From: an uncultured Acidobacteriota bacterium
GTDB lineage: Bacteria > Acidobacteriota > Thermoanaerobaculia > UBA5066 > Gp7-AA6
Length of the DNA: 64,000 nucleotides
Reading direction: 5' to 3'
Assembly: GCA_963764715.1 (NCBI GenBank)
Contig: CAVXTP010000021.1
Coordinates: 224,001-288,000, forward strand
Below the pieces are notes generated by a model. It saw nothing but the letters and a program-made list of their open reading frames with translations, was not told where the DNA came from and made no database searches. Position 1 is the stretch's first letter; every line of letters starts with the position of its first letter. A program made the position numbers and the translations under genes. Below, in pieces: positions 1 through 9,930 of this stretch.

Positions 1-692
1 CGCCCGCGCCTCCGGTCGAGCTGACACGGGACCCGGGCTATTCGGATACCTTCCCCGAGTGGTCGCCCGACGGCCGCGACATCGCGTTCTCGCGGGGGAC
101 GGGTGGTACCGCCGAGGGCGCCCAGTCGCTCTGGATCATGCGGGCCGACGGCACCAACCCTCGGCGGCTCGGCGACTTCTCCGGACAACTGGTCTGGCTG
201 CCGGATCGGAAGGCGATCGTCCAGCGCGGCCAGTCCATGGTGCGGCTGGATCTCGACTCCGGCGTCACCACCCCCGTCACGCAGGGCAAAGTCATCACTC
301 TCCTCGCCGCCGATCGCGAAGGGAAGTGGTTGGCGTACCAGACCTCCGAGGGGAGTGCGATGAGGCTCGCGGCCATGCCGGTGACCGGCGGTCCCTCGCG
401 TCTCGTCTCGACCGCGGGATACGACGCTTACCATCCGCTCTTTTCGCCCTCCGGCCGCTGGATCTACTTCCAGCCCGCTCACAAGAACCTGTACCGGGTG
501 CCCGGTCCCGCGCAGGACTGGGCGACGGCCGACCCTCAGAAAGTGACGGACTTTTCGGGGCACGATCTCTACATCGAAAACCCCAGGATCACGCGCGACG
601 GCTCAAAGCTCTTCTACACGCGAGGGCGAAGGACGGGGGATATCTTCATCCTTCGCCTCGGAGCGACGCCGGAAACGAAACCGGCTCGATGA
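1..692 (+). CDS. 5'-truncated protein with TolB-like/PD40 beta-propeller repeats
   Basis: Open frame from the window edge reads PEWSPDGRDIAFSR and later HPLFSPSGRWIYF, typical PD40 repeats; stop at 692. Confidence 0.8.
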   Translation, partial: PAPPVELTRDPGYSDTFPEWSPDGRDIAFSRGTGGTAEGAQSLWIMRADGTNPRRLGDFSGQLVWLPDRKAIVQRGQSMVRLDLDSGVTTPVTQGKVITLLAADREGKWLAYQTSEGSAMRLAAMPVTGGPSRLVSTAGYDAYHPLFSPSGRWIYFQPAHKNLYRVPGPAQDWATADPQKVTDFSGHDLYIENPRITRDGSKLFYTRGRRTGDIFILRLGATPETKPAR

Positions 693-720
693 CGTCGTGC
701 TGGAAAAACGGGAGGCTGAG

Positions 721-1788
721 ATGATCCAGAGGACGCTCTGCGCCGCGATCGGAGTGCTCGTCGGCTGCGTCTGCTCGGCCGCGGGAGCGGGACAGACGCC
801 GTTCGCCGTCGGGACGGCTTCCGCGAATCCCGGCCAGAAGTCGACCGGGGTTCTCGCGGTCCCCGCGGGCGCCGACGCGGCGCTCGACATCCCCGTCGCC
901 GTCGTCCGGGGGGCGCGGCCAGGCCCGGTGCTGGCCCTCGTCGCCGGCGCGCACGGGACCGAGTACGCCTCGATCATCGCGATCGAGCGGCTGATCGAGA
1001 CGCTCGACCCGGCCGCGGTGTCCGGCACGGTCATCCTGGTCCCGCTCGTGAACACGCCGTCTTTCGAGCAGAAGGTCCCGCACGTCAATCCGGTGGATGG
1101 CAAGAGCATGAACCGTTTCTATCCCGGCAAGGCCGACGGGACGCAGACGGAGCGGGCTCTTCTTCTGATCACGCGGCAGATCGTCGAGCGGTGCGACTAC
1201 CTGATCGACTTTCACGGCGGCGACCTCGACGAGGATCTGCGGCCCTACAGCTACTGGCTGAAGACCGGAACCGAGAAGCAGGACGCCGCTTCGCGCCAGA
1301 TGGTCCTGGCGTTCGGCCTCGGCACGATCATCATCTCCGCCGACCGGCCGACGGATCCCGGCGCGTCGCGCTATCTCGACAGCACCGCGTCGACCCGAGG
1401 CAAGCCGTCGATCACCGTGGAGGCGGGCCATGCGGGAACCGTCGACCCCGCGGACGTGTCGGCCCTCGTCGACGGGACACTTTCGGTCATGCGGCTGCTC
1501 AAGATGCTGCCCGGAACGCCCGCGATGGTGGATCACCCGGTCTGGATCGAGTCGATCAAGACCGTCGCGAGCGAGCAGACCGGAATCTTCTATCCGCTCG
1601 TCGCCAGCGGAACCTACGTCGCGCAAGGGATGAAGCTCGGGTACGTCACGGACTACGTGGGCCGGAAGGTGTTCGAGGCCCGCGCGCCGGAGGCTGGCAT
1701 CGTGCTCTACATCTGCGCCGTGCCCTCCATGAAGAAGGGCGACACGATCGCCAACATCGGCGTCGTGGCCGCTTCGCCACCGCCATGA
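721..1788 (+). CDS. Secreted succinylglutamate desuccinylase/aspartoacylase (M14-like) family protein
   Basis: GGAGG before ATG 721; signal peptide; AGAHGTE, MNRFYPG and DFHGG motifs. Confidence 0.85.
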   Translation: MIQRTLCAAIGVLVGCVCSAAGAGQTPFAVGTASANPGQKSTGVLAVPAGADAALDIPVAVVRGARPGPVLALVAGAHGTEYASIIAIERLIETLDPAAVSGTVILVPLVNTPSFEQKVPHVNPVDGKSMNRFYPGKADGTQTERALLLITRQIVERCDYLIDFHGGDLDEDLRPYSYWLKTGTEKQDAASRQMVLAFGLGTIIISADRPTDPGASRYLDSTASTRGKPSITVEAGHAGTVDPADVSALVDGTLSVMRLLKMLPGTPAMVDHPVWIESIKTVASEQTGIFYPLVASGTYVAQGMKLGYVTDYVGRKVFEARAPEAGIVLYICAVPSMKKGDTIANIGVVAASPPP

Positions 1789-1849
1789 GTCTCGCTGCGG
1801 CGCCCGTCACGCTGGCGACGAACTGGACCCGGGAGCTGGAGAGGAAGAA

Positions 1850-3277
1850 ATGAGATTCCGCAGGAGTGTTCTCGTTGCGTTCGGGGTGGTGTTCGTGAGC
1901 GCCTCGGCCCGCGCCCAGGACGTCCCGGCCCGCATCGCCGGCGCCGCGCTGACGGGCGGCGGTGCCTCGGCCTTTCTCGAGAAGCTGACCGACTCGGTCG
2001 GAGGCCGTGTGACGGGGAGCCCGGAGCTGCGCCGCGCCTCGGAGCTGATTCTGGCGGAGCTGAAGCAGGCGGGCTACGCCAACGCCCGCTTCGAAGAGTC
2101 CCCGCTCGAGTCGCGGTGGTCGCGCGGACCGGCGTCGGGCCGGATCACGTCCCCGATCGATCGGGCGATCACGATCGGGTCGTATGCCTGGGTCCCGGGC
2201 ACGGCGGGACCGGTCGGGACGCCGCTCGTCGACATCGGCGCCCCGGCGTCGAACGCGCTGCCCGTGCCGGCCGAACGCGTGCGCGGTGCGGCCGTTCTCG
2301 TCGACCCGCAGAAGATCGGCGTCGATCCCTCCTTCGTTTCCCGCGCGGCCCTGGCGCGGGCCCTCGCCGAGGCGGGCGCGGTCGCGATGCTCATCCCGTC
2401 CGACAAGCCCGGACGGATGGTGTACACGTCGGCCTTCGGCTTCTATCCGAGGGCGCCGCTTCCGGTCATTTCCGTCGGGAAGGCGGATGCGCTGCTGCTG
2501 CGGCGGCTCCTCGCGAAGGGCCCGGTGAAGCTTTCCCTCGACGTCCGGAACTCCTTCGACACGAGCCCCTACCTCGAGCGCAACGTGATCGCGGATCTGC
2601 CGGGCCGGGACGCCTCCGAGATCGTCCTGCTCGGCGCGCACTACGACTCCTGGGACCCCGCCGAGGGAGCCGACGACGACGGCTCGGGCGTGGCCGCCGT
2701 GCTCGAGGCGGCGCGGATCCTGAGGTCGCTCGGAATCCAGCCCCGGCGGACGATTCGATTCGCGTTCTTCTACGGCGAAGAGGAAGCGACGCTCGGCTCG
2801 CGCGCCTACGTCGCGACACACGAGAAGGAGCTCGATGCGCTCAAGGCCGTCCTGGTGATGGACTCCGGCGCCCAGGCGCCGAAGGGCGTCGAGCTCCACG
2901 GACGGGCAGACCTCGAGGCGCCGATGAGAAGGGCGCTCCGATCCGTGGCGTCCCTGGGCGCCTCGTCGACCACGCTCGAGGCGAGCTTCGACCGCGACCA
3001 CGGGCCGTTCATGGTCGTGGGCGTCCCGGCGATGACTTTGTGGGTCGAGCCGGGAACATACGACGACCGCCACCACACGGTCATCGACACGTTCGACGGC
3101 GTCGATCCGCACTGGCTCGCCGTCGACACGGCGGTGATGGGGATTTTGGCGTGGGAGCTGGCGAACGGCCCGGAACCGGTCGGCCGCCGCCTCTCGCCGA
3201 CGGAAGCCGATGCCCTCCTGAAGGGCTCTGGCGTCGAGGGGACGAAGCGCATGGTCTACGGCGCCTCACCGCGCTGA
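1850..3277 (+). CDS. Secreted M28 family metallopeptidase with PA-like insert
   Basis: Signal peptide; GAHYDSWD, GADDDGSG, GEEE, DH and HHT metal-ligand motifs. Confidence 0.85.
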   Translation: MRFRRSVLVAFGVVFVSASARAQDVPARIAGAALTGGGASAFLEKLTDSVGGRVTGSPELRRASELILAELKQAGYANARFEESPLESRWSRGPASGRITSPIDRAITIGSYAWVPGTAGPVGTPLVDIGAPASNALPVPAERVRGAAVLVDPQKIGVDPSFVSRAALARALAEAGAVAMLIPSDKPGRMVYTSAFGFYPRAPLPVISVGKADALLLRRLLAKGPVKLSLDVRNSFDTSPYLERNVIADLPGRDASEIVLLGAHYDSWDPAEGADDDGSGVAAVLEAARILRSLGIQPRRTIRFAFFYGEEEATLGSRAYVATHEKELDALKAVLVMDSGAQAPKGVELHGRADLEAPMRRALRSVASLGASSTTLEASFDRDHGPFMVVGVPAMTLWVEPGTYDDRHHTVIDTFDGVDPHWLAVDTAVMGILAWELANGPEPVGRRLSPTEADALLKGSGVEGTKRMVYGASPR

Positions 3278-3292
3278 GGAGGAGGGCATCCA

Positions 3293-3805
3293 ATGACGAC
3301 CTACACGACGATTCTGGAAGAGGCCCTCGAGGCCTGGGAGTACACGCGGCGGGGCGTGATCGACGAGCTCCGCAACCTGCCCGAGAAGAGCATGGCGTTC
3401 CGCCCCTCGCCGGAGGGCCGGACGGTGGGCGAGCTCGCGCGGCACATCGTCGAGTCCGGGCTGCTGATGTCCGGGGAGCTGTCGCAGCGGGACGGCGACT
3501 TCCGGCGCAAGAGCTACGAGGCGCTCCTGCGGGAGCACGGCCGGGGCGTCGCGCGCCTGACGACGCGGCGGGCCCTGCTCGACGGGCTCGCGCGGAAGCA
3601 TCGCGACGGGGAGCGAGCCCTGCGGAAGGCGGGAGAGCTCCACATGCTCCAGAACATCCGGCGTTTCGACGGAAAGTACGGGACCCGGCTGGCCTGGATG
3701 CAGCACGGGATCTCGCACGAGGAATATCATCGCGGGCAACTCGCGCTCTACGCGCGCCTTCTCGGCCGCGTTCCGGCGCTCACGCAATTGATCATGGGAG
3801 GTTGA
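3293..3805 (+). CDS. DinB family protein
   Basis: GGAGG RBS; ELARHI and HEEYHRGQ histidine pattern. Confidence 0.85.
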   Translation: MTTYTTILEEALEAWEYTRRGVIDELRNLPEKSMAFRPSPEGRTVGELARHIVESGLLMSGELSQRDGDFRRKSYEALLREHGRGVARLTTRRALLDGLARKHRDGERALRKAGELHMLQNIRRFDGKYGTRLAWMQHGISHEEYHRGQLALYARLLGRVPALTQLIMGG

Positions 3806-3807
3806 CG

Positions 3808-4488
3808 ATGCGAGGATCCCGGATCGTTCGGATCGTGGCTCTCTCGGGCGCGGCGGTCGCCGCCGTCGCCATCGCGCAGGTCCAGACGAAGGAGTCGCAG
3901 GCGGCAATGACCCCGGCGGCGGCGCTCGCGCGCCTCAAGGAGGGAAACGCGCGGTTCGTCTCGGGGCAGCTCAAGCCCCGCGACTTGAACGCGAAAGTCA
4001 TCGCCACGGCGTCGGGCCAGTACCCCTTCGCGGCCGTCCTCTCCTGCATGGATTCGCGGGCGCCGGCGGAGATCGTCCTCGACCAGGGCATCGGCGACAT
4101 GTTCAGCCTGCGCTCGGCGGGCGACGTCGTCGACACGGACGTCCTCGGAGGCCTCGAGTACGCGACGAAGGTCGTGGGGGTGAAGCTCGTCGTCGTCCTC
4201 GGCCACACCGAATGCGGGGCCGTCAAGGGAGCGATCGACGGGGTCAAGCTCGGCAATCTGACGGCGCTGCTCGCGAAGATCCAGTCGGCCGTTCGCGATT
4301 CGGGGCCGGGGACCTCGAAGGACAAAGATTACGTGAAGAAGGTCACCGAGCAGAACGTGCGGGACTCGATCCACGAGATCCGCGAACGGAGCTCGATCCT
4401 GCGCGGCCTCATCGATTCCGGGCAGGTCGGCATCGCCGGCGCCCTGTACGACGTTTCCACGGGGACCGTGACGTTCATGGCGGACTGA
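3808..4488 (+). CDS. Secreted/periplasmic beta-class carbonic anhydrase
   Basis: LKEGNARF, SCMDSR and GHTECGAV zinc motifs; N-terminal signal peptide. Confidence 0.9.
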   Translation: MRGSRIVRIVALSGAAVAAVAIAQVQTKESQAAMTPAAALARLKEGNARFVSGQLKPRDLNAKVIATASGQYPFAAVLSCMDSRAPAEIVLDQGIGDMFSLRSAGDVVDTDVLGGLEYATKVVGVKLVVVLGHTECGAVKGAIDGVKLGNLTALLAKIQSAVRDSGPGTSKDKDYVKKVTEQNVRDSIHEIRERSSILRGLIDSGQVGIAGALYDVSTGTVTFMAD

Positions 4489-4528
4489 TCGCCCCGGGCG
4501 CTTCGGTCGATATAGGCTTTCCCCCATC

Positions 4529-6823
4529 GTGACGCTCGCGGCACGTACGCTCGGACCCTACGAAATACTCGGCCCCCTCGGCGCGGGCGGGATGGGGGAG
4601 GTCTACCGTGCGCGCGACCCGCGGCTCGAGCGCGACGTCGCGGTCAAGGTCCTGCGGGGCCTTTCGCACGGCAGCCCCGATGCGATCGCCCGATTCCAGC
4701 GCGAGGCGCGGGCGGTCGCCGCACTGTCGCACCCCAACATCCTGGCGATCCACGACATCGGAGAGGCGAATGGCGTGGCGTACGCCGTCATGGAGCTTCT
4801 CGAGGGGGAGACCCTTCGCGGACGGCTCGCCGCCTCCGCGATTCCGGCCCGGAAATCCGTCGAGTACGCGCTGCAGATTGCGCAGGGGCTCGCCGCGGCT
4901 CATGACCGCGGGATCGTCCACCGGGACCTGAAGCCCGAGAACGTCTTCCTGACGCAGAACGGCCTGGTCAAGATTCTCGACTTCGGCCTGGCGGTGCTGT
5001 CCACGCCGGGCTCGTCGGCCGACCTTTCGCAATCGCCGACGGTCGGTACGCAGCCGGGGGTCGTCCTCGGCACGCCGGGCTACATGTCGCCCGAGCAGGT
5101 ACGCGGCCGTCCGGTCGACCACCGCACCGACCTCTTCGCCCTGGGCGCGATCCTCTACGAGATGCTGACGGCCAAGCGGGCCTTTCGCGGGGACAGCCCG
5201 GCGGAGGCCATGATCGCCGTCCTTCAAGAGGACCCGATGTCCTCCCCGACGGGCACGCAGATCACTCCGGAGCTCGCCCGGATCATTTCGCACTGCCTCG
5301 AGAAGGAGCCCGGGGAGCGGTTCCAGAACGCCCGCGACTTCGCCTTCGCGCTCGAGGCGCTCCAGGTCGAGTCCTCCGCTCCCGGGACGGCGGCGGTCTC
5401 GGGCTCGGGCTTCGGGCCGGCGGAGGCCTCGATCGCGGTCCTCCCGTTTCGCAACATGAGCGCGGACCGCGAGGCCGAGTACTTCAGCGACGGGATCACG
5501 GAGGAGATCATCAGCGCCCTGGCGGGCCTCGAGGCGATGCACGTCGCGGCGAGGACCTCCTCGTTCGCCTTCAAGGGCAAGGACACCGACGTGCGGCAGA
5601 TCGGCCGCGACCTCGGCGTCCGCACTGTCCTCGAGGGAAGCGTGCGGCAGGCGGGGCGCCGCATCCGGATCACGGCGCAGCTCGTGGACGTCGCGAGCGG
5701 CTACCAGCTGTGGTCCGAGCGCTTCGACCGGGAAATGGAAGACATCTTCACCGTCCAGGACGAGATCGCGCGCGCGATCGCGGCGACGCTGAAGGTGCGG
5801 CTCGCGGCGCAGTCGGGGGCGGCGGTCGGGGCGCCGCCGAACCGCGACCTGGTGGCCTACGACTCGTACCTGAAGGGCCGGTTCGACTGGAGCCTGCGGC
5901 GCATGCCGTCGGCCGTGGCGCACTTCCGCGCCGCGGTGCAGCGGGACCCGGATTACGCGGCGGCGCACCTGGCCCTCGCGGATTCGTACGCGGTGTGGGG
6001 CTTCTACGGGGGCCTGCCCTGCTGGGAAGCGTTCGGCCGCGCGCGCGTGGCGGCCGAGAGCGCGGCGCGCCTCGAGCCCGATTCCTCCGGCGTCCACCTG
6101 TCCTTCGGCATCATCGAGCACTACTACGGCTGGGACACGGCGCGGGAGGAGCAGGAGCTGCGACAGGCGGCCGACAAGGATCCGCGGTCGGCGGATCCTC
6201 ACACCTGGCTTTCCCTGTGCTGGGCGGTCAGCGGGCGCTTCGAGGACGCGTTGGAGGCGGGACAGGAAGCGGTCCGGCGGGAGCCGCACTCGGCCAACGC
6301 CCGCGCGGTGCTCGGCTGGTCGTACGCCGGGTCGCGGCGATGGGCGGAATCCATCCCGATCCTGGAAAAGGCCGTCAGTCTCGAGCCCGACGCGGCCTTT
6401 CCCCGGTGGTCGCTCGGGCTCGCGCAGCGCTACGGGGGTCGACTCGACGAGGCGATCGCGACGCTCGAGACGGCCGTGGGATCCACGCGCCGCGAGCACA
6501 CGTATCAGCTCGGCCTCTACTGCGGCGCCCTGGCGGACGCCGGCCGCACGGCGGAGGCCCGCGCGATCCTCGCGGAACTGGAGGACCGGTCCCGCCGGAC
6601 GTACGTCCCGCCGTACGACCTGGCGATCTCGTACGTCGGCCTGGGCGAGAGGGAGAAGGCGATCGACGCGCTGGAGCGGGCCTTCGACGAGCGCAACGGG
6701 TTGATGTGGTACCGGATCCACAAGCCGATGCTCGACCCGCTGCGCGACGAGGCCCGCTACCGGGCGATCGCCGAAAACCTGGCCCGGCGGGCGCCGGTCG
6801 CGGACGCCGTCCGCGGATCGTGA
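4529..6823 (+). CDS. Ser/Thr (Hanks) protein kinase with TolB-like domain and TPR repeats
   Basis: GAGGMGEVY, HRDLKPEN, DFG, GTPGYMSPEQ; SIAVLPFRN..YFSDGITEE domain; helical repeats. Confidence 0.92.
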   Translation: MTLAARTLGPYEILGPLGAGGMGEVYRARDPRLERDVAVKVLRGLSHGSPDAIARFQREARAVAALSHPNILAIHDIGEANGVAYAVMELLEGETLRGRLAASAIPARKSVEYALQIAQGLAAAHDRGIVHRDLKPENVFLTQNGLVKILDFGLAVLSTPGSSADLSQSPTVGTQPGVVLGTPGYMSPEQVRGRPVDHRTDLFALGAILYEMLTAKRAFRGDSPAEAMIAVLQEDPMSSPTGTQITPELARIISHCLEKEPGERFQNARDFAFALEALQVESSAPGTAAVSGSGFGPAEASIAVLPFRNMSADREAEYFSDGITEEIISALAGLEAMHVAARTSSFAFKGKDTDVRQIGRDLGVRTVLEGSVRQAGRRIRITAQLVDVASGYQLWSERFDREMEDIFTVQDEIARAIAATLKVRLAAQSGAAVGAPPNRDLVAYDSYLKGRFDWSLRRMPSAVAHFRAAVQRDPDYAAAHLALADSYAVWGFYGGLPCWEAFGRARVAAESAARLEPDSSGVHLSFGIIEHYYGWDTAREEQELRQAADKDPRSADPHTWLSLCWAVSGRFEDALEAGQEAVRREPHSANARAVLGWSYAGSRRWAESIPILEKAVSLEPDAAFPRWSLGLAQRYGGRLDEAIATLETAVGSTRREHTYQLGLYCGALADAGRTAEARAILAELEDRSRRTYVPPYDLAISYVGLGEREKAIDALERAFDERNGLMWYRIHKPMLDPLRDEARYRAIAENLARRAPVADAVRGS

Positions 6824-6861
6824 GGAAGCACGCCGCCGCGAACCCATCGAAGGAGCACGCC

Positions 6862-7320
6862 ATGGCAACGCCGCTGTCCCGCTGCGAGTTCGAAGCGAGC
6901 GATCTCATCGTCAAGGTCGACATGACGCTGCCCGCGGACGTCAACGCCATTTCGCCGGTCGTCGAGAAGGTGATGCAGATCGTCACCGAGATGGGCTGCG
7001 CGGCCGGCCGCGAGTTCGAGATCGATCTCGCGCTGCGGGAGGCCCTCGCCAACGCGATCGAGCACGGAAGCGGCAACGACCCCTCCAAGCAGGTCGAGTG
7101 CTGCGTCGCGTGCGATCAGGCCCGCGGGATGCTGATCGTCGTGCGCGATCCGGGCCCCGGGTTCGACCCGGCGTCCATTCCCAGCCCGATCCAGGGACAG
7201 AACCTCTTCTCGACAGGCGGCCGCGGGATCTACCTCATCAACCAGCTCATGGACGACGTGAAGTTCGAAAAGGGCGGCACTGAGATCCACATGCGCACAA
7301 ACCCCCCCGCATCTCGATAG
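6862..7320 (+). CDS. RsbW-like anti-sigma factor (HATPase_c) protein
   Basis: AGGAG RBS; EALANAIEHG, DPGPGFD and GGRGIYLI motifs. Confidence 0.85.
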   Translation: MATPLSRCEFEASDLIVKVDMTLPADVNAISPVVEKVMQIVTEMGCAAGREFEIDLALREALANAIEHGSGNDPSKQVECCVACDQARGMLIVVRDPGPGFDPASIPSPIQGQNLFSTGGRGIYLINQLMDDVKFEKGGTEIHMRTNPPASR

Positions 7321-7358
7321 CCGCTTTCCCCCTCCCTCGCCCGACTGTTTCATCTGTT

Positions 7359-7497
7359 CGCGGCGCGAATAGTCTCCCGACCGGGGGGAGGGAGGAGGTT
7401 CGCGCCGCGGGAGCGCAGCGGGCGGCGGGGGTCAGGCGTGCGGTCGAGCGTCGTCCGCGAGCCGCACGCCGGTGCGTCCTTAGGACGCAGACCCCCG
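7359..7497 (-). repeat. Structured intergenic repeat, copy A (inverted relative to B and C)
   Basis: Reverse complement aligns with 28951-29085 and 60169-60301; helices preserved by compensatory changes. Confidence 0.8.
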
Positions 7498-7515
7498 ACA
7501 CCCGTGGAGCGACGG

Positions 7516-8772
7516 TTAGATTTCTGCCGAGCCCGCCGCATCGGGCAGTGTCTGCTCCGTTTCGGTGTGGCGGGAGGGCTCCGGGAGCTTCACGAAGATC
7601 GCGGCGGCGAGCGCTCCGAGGAGAAAGGTCAGGCCCCAGAGCACGCGGGCCCCGGCCCGCTCGAGCACGACGGTCCCCGCCCACGGGCCGATGCCGAAGG
7701 CGATCGAGAAGACCATCGTGTACAGGCCGCTGTACTCGCCGCGCCGGGCGTCGGGCGCGATGTCCGTGGCGTAGGCCGCCGATGCGGGGAAGAAGAGCAT
7801 TTCCCCGAACGTCCAGATGACGACCGTCCCGGCGAGCGACCAGAAGTCCCGGGCGAACGCCATCGCGCCGAAGCCCGCCCCCGACAGGATCGCGCCCAGC
7901 GCGAGCGTCCGCCGGTGGGACCAGTGCGCCGTGGCGGCATTGAGCGGGATCTCGAGGACGACGATGAGCAGGCAGTTGAGCGAGAAGAGCAGGCCGAAGG
8001 TGCGCGGCGTGAAGCCGAGGCCGTCGACGATGTAGAGGGGCATCGAGGAGATGTGCTGAAAGAAGATGACCGTGACGGGCAGCACCCCCGCGAGAAAAAA
8101 CAGAAAGCGCAGGTCCGCGTGGGCGGCCGTCGAGAGACGCAAGCGGGTGGCCGTCGTCGGGGCGGGAGTGCCGGCGGGGACGACGGCCTTCTTCTTCTTG
8201 CCGTTCGGGAGGGCCGCGCCGGCGAGCACGAGCCCGGCGGCGAGCGACGTCGCGCCGTCGACGAAGAAGAGGTACCGGAAGGCGATCGTGGCGAGGATCC
8301 CGCCGATCGCCGGCCCGATCGCCATTCCGAGGTTGATCGCCAGGCGGTACACGGCGAAGGCCGACTTGCGCCGGGAGGGCTCGACGGTCTCGGCGAAGAA
8401 CGACATCGCGGCCGGCCGGAAGGCCTCCGTGAGCATCGCGAGGACGATCGTGACCCCCGCGATCGCCAGCCTGCCCTGCGCGAAGGGGTAGACGAAGAGG
8501 GTCGCGCCCGAGAGGAGCAGGGACGTCCGCATGAGGGGCACCGACCCGAACCGGTCGCTCAACCGGCCGGCGAGCGGTCCGCACACGATCGCCCCCACTC
8601 CGTACAGGAAGAGGACGAAGCCGGCCTGCTCGGGCGAGAAGCCCCGCTCCCGCGTCAGATACAGGACGAGGAACGAGAGGACCATCGAGCCCGCGCGGTT
8701 GACGAGCTGCGAGCCGGCCACCACCCAGACCGGCCGGGGCAGGTACCTGAGGTCTTTCCAATACTTCAGCAC
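7516..8772 (-). CDS. MFS transporter
   Basis: About 12 hydrophobic segments; GRLSDRFG motif A. Confidence 0.9.
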   Translation of the reverse strand: MLKYWKDLRYLPRPVWVVAGSQLVNRAGSMVLSFLVLYLTRERGFSPEQAGFVLFLYGVGAIVCGPLAGRLSDRFGSVPLMRTSLLLSGATLFVYPFAQGRLAIAGVTIVLAMLTEAFRPAAMSFFAETVEPSRRKSAFAVYRLAINLGMAIGPAIGGILATIAFRYLFFVDGATSLAAGLVLAGAALPNGKKKKAVVPAGTPAPTTATRLRLSTAAHADLRFLFFLAGVLPVTVIFFQHISSMPLYIVDGLGFTPRTFGLLFSLNCLLIVVLEIPLNAATAHWSHRRTLALGAILSGAGFGAMAFARDFWSLAGTVVIWTFGEMLFFPASAAYATDIAPDARRGEYSGLYTMVFSIAFGIGPWAGTVVLERAGARVLWGLTFLLGALAAAIFVKLPEPSRHTETEQTLPDAAGSAEI

Positions 8773-8810
8773 GGGCGCACGGAGTGATTACGGCCCGCGC
8801 CGGGTCCGGG

Positions 8811-8942
8811 TTATGCGAATCGTCTCAGGAGCCACGCCGCGGCGAGAGCGAGCAGTGCGAGGGCCCCCATGAAACCGAGCACGTAGAAGAGGATCGGCAG
8901 GAACCGCGCCTTCCGCGGGTCGTCGTCCTCCGGATCATCCAT
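8811..8942 (-). CDS. Small single-pass membrane protein, 43 aa (not in ORF track)
   Basis: [43 protein letters not shown]; start overlaps the end of trxB; fills the gap. Confidence 0.55.
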   Translation of the reverse strand: MDDPEDDDPRKARFLPILFYVLGFMGALALLALAAAWLLRRFA

Positions 8943-9885
8943 GGATTCCCTGGGCCGCGAGCCAGCGCTCGGCGTCGATCGCGGCCTTGCAGCCTTCGCC
9001 TGCGGCGGACACGGCCTGGCGGTAGGTCGGATCGGCGACGTCGCCGGCGGCGAAGACCCCTTCGACGGAGGTGTAGGTCGAGGGATGCCGGACCTTGACG
9101 TAGCCGACGTCGTTCATCTCGAGCTGGCCCTTGAAGACCGCCGTGTTCGGCGAGTGGCCGATCGCGACGAAGACGCCCTGCGTCGCGAAGGGCTCGGTGA
9201 GCTCCGTGCGGGTGTCCTGGAGGGTGACGCCGGTGACGCCCTTTTCGTCGCCCTGGATGTCCACGATCGTCGCGTTCAGCCTCCAGGCGATCTTCGGATT
9301 GTTGCGCGCCCGGTCGAGCATGATGCGGGACGCGCGGAACTCCTCGCGCCGGTGGACGATCGTGACCTTCGTCGCGAACTTCGTCAGGAAGTTGGCCTCC
9401 TCCATCGCGGTGTCGCCGCCGCCGACGACCATGACCTCCTTGCCCTTGAAGAAGAAGCCGTCGCACGTCGCGCAGGCGGAGACCCCGCGGCCCATGAGCC
9501 GCTTCTCGGATTCGAGGCCGAGCAGCTTCGCCGACGCGCCGGAGGAGACGATGACGGCGTCGGCGGTGATCGAGCCGCCGGCGTCGAGGTGCAGCTTGAA
9601 GGGACGCCGGTCGAAGTCGACGCCCGAAACGGTGTCGAGCACGACCTCGGTCCCGAAGCGCCGGGCCTGCTCGCGGAAGACCTCCATCAGCTCGGGCCCC
9701 TGGATGCCGTCCTTGAAGCCGGGGTAGTTCTCGACTTCCGTCGTGATGGTGAGCTGGCCGCCCGGCTGGGGGCCCTCGAAGACGACCGGCGCGAGGTCGG
9801 CGCGGGAGGCGTACAGGGCGGCAGTCCAGCCGGCGGGGCCGGATCCGATGATGGCGATGTGGTAGTGGCTCTTGGTCGGTGGCAT
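8935..9885 (-). CDS. trxB: Thioredoxin-disulfide reductase
   Basis: [28 protein letters not shown] motifs. Confidence 0.97.
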   Translation of the reverse strand: MPPTKSHYHIAIIGSGPAGWTAALYASRADLAPVVFEGPQPGGQLTITTEVENYPGFKDGIQGPELMEVFREQARRFGTEVVLDTVSGVDFDRRPFKLHLDAGGSITADAVIVSSGASAKLLGLESEKRLMGRGVSACATCDGFFFKGKEVMVVGGGDTAMEEANFLTKFATKVTIVHRREEFRASRIMLDRARNNPKIAWRLNATIVDIQGDEKGVTGVTLQDTRTELTEPFATQGVFVAIGHSPNTAVFKGQLEMNDVGYVKVRHPSTYTSVEGVFAAGDVADPTYRQAVSAAGEGCKAAIDAERWLAAQGIHG

Positions 9886-9930
9886 GGCGCCGGGAGGATA
9901 TCAGCGGCGCCGGGCCGGTATCATCCGCGG

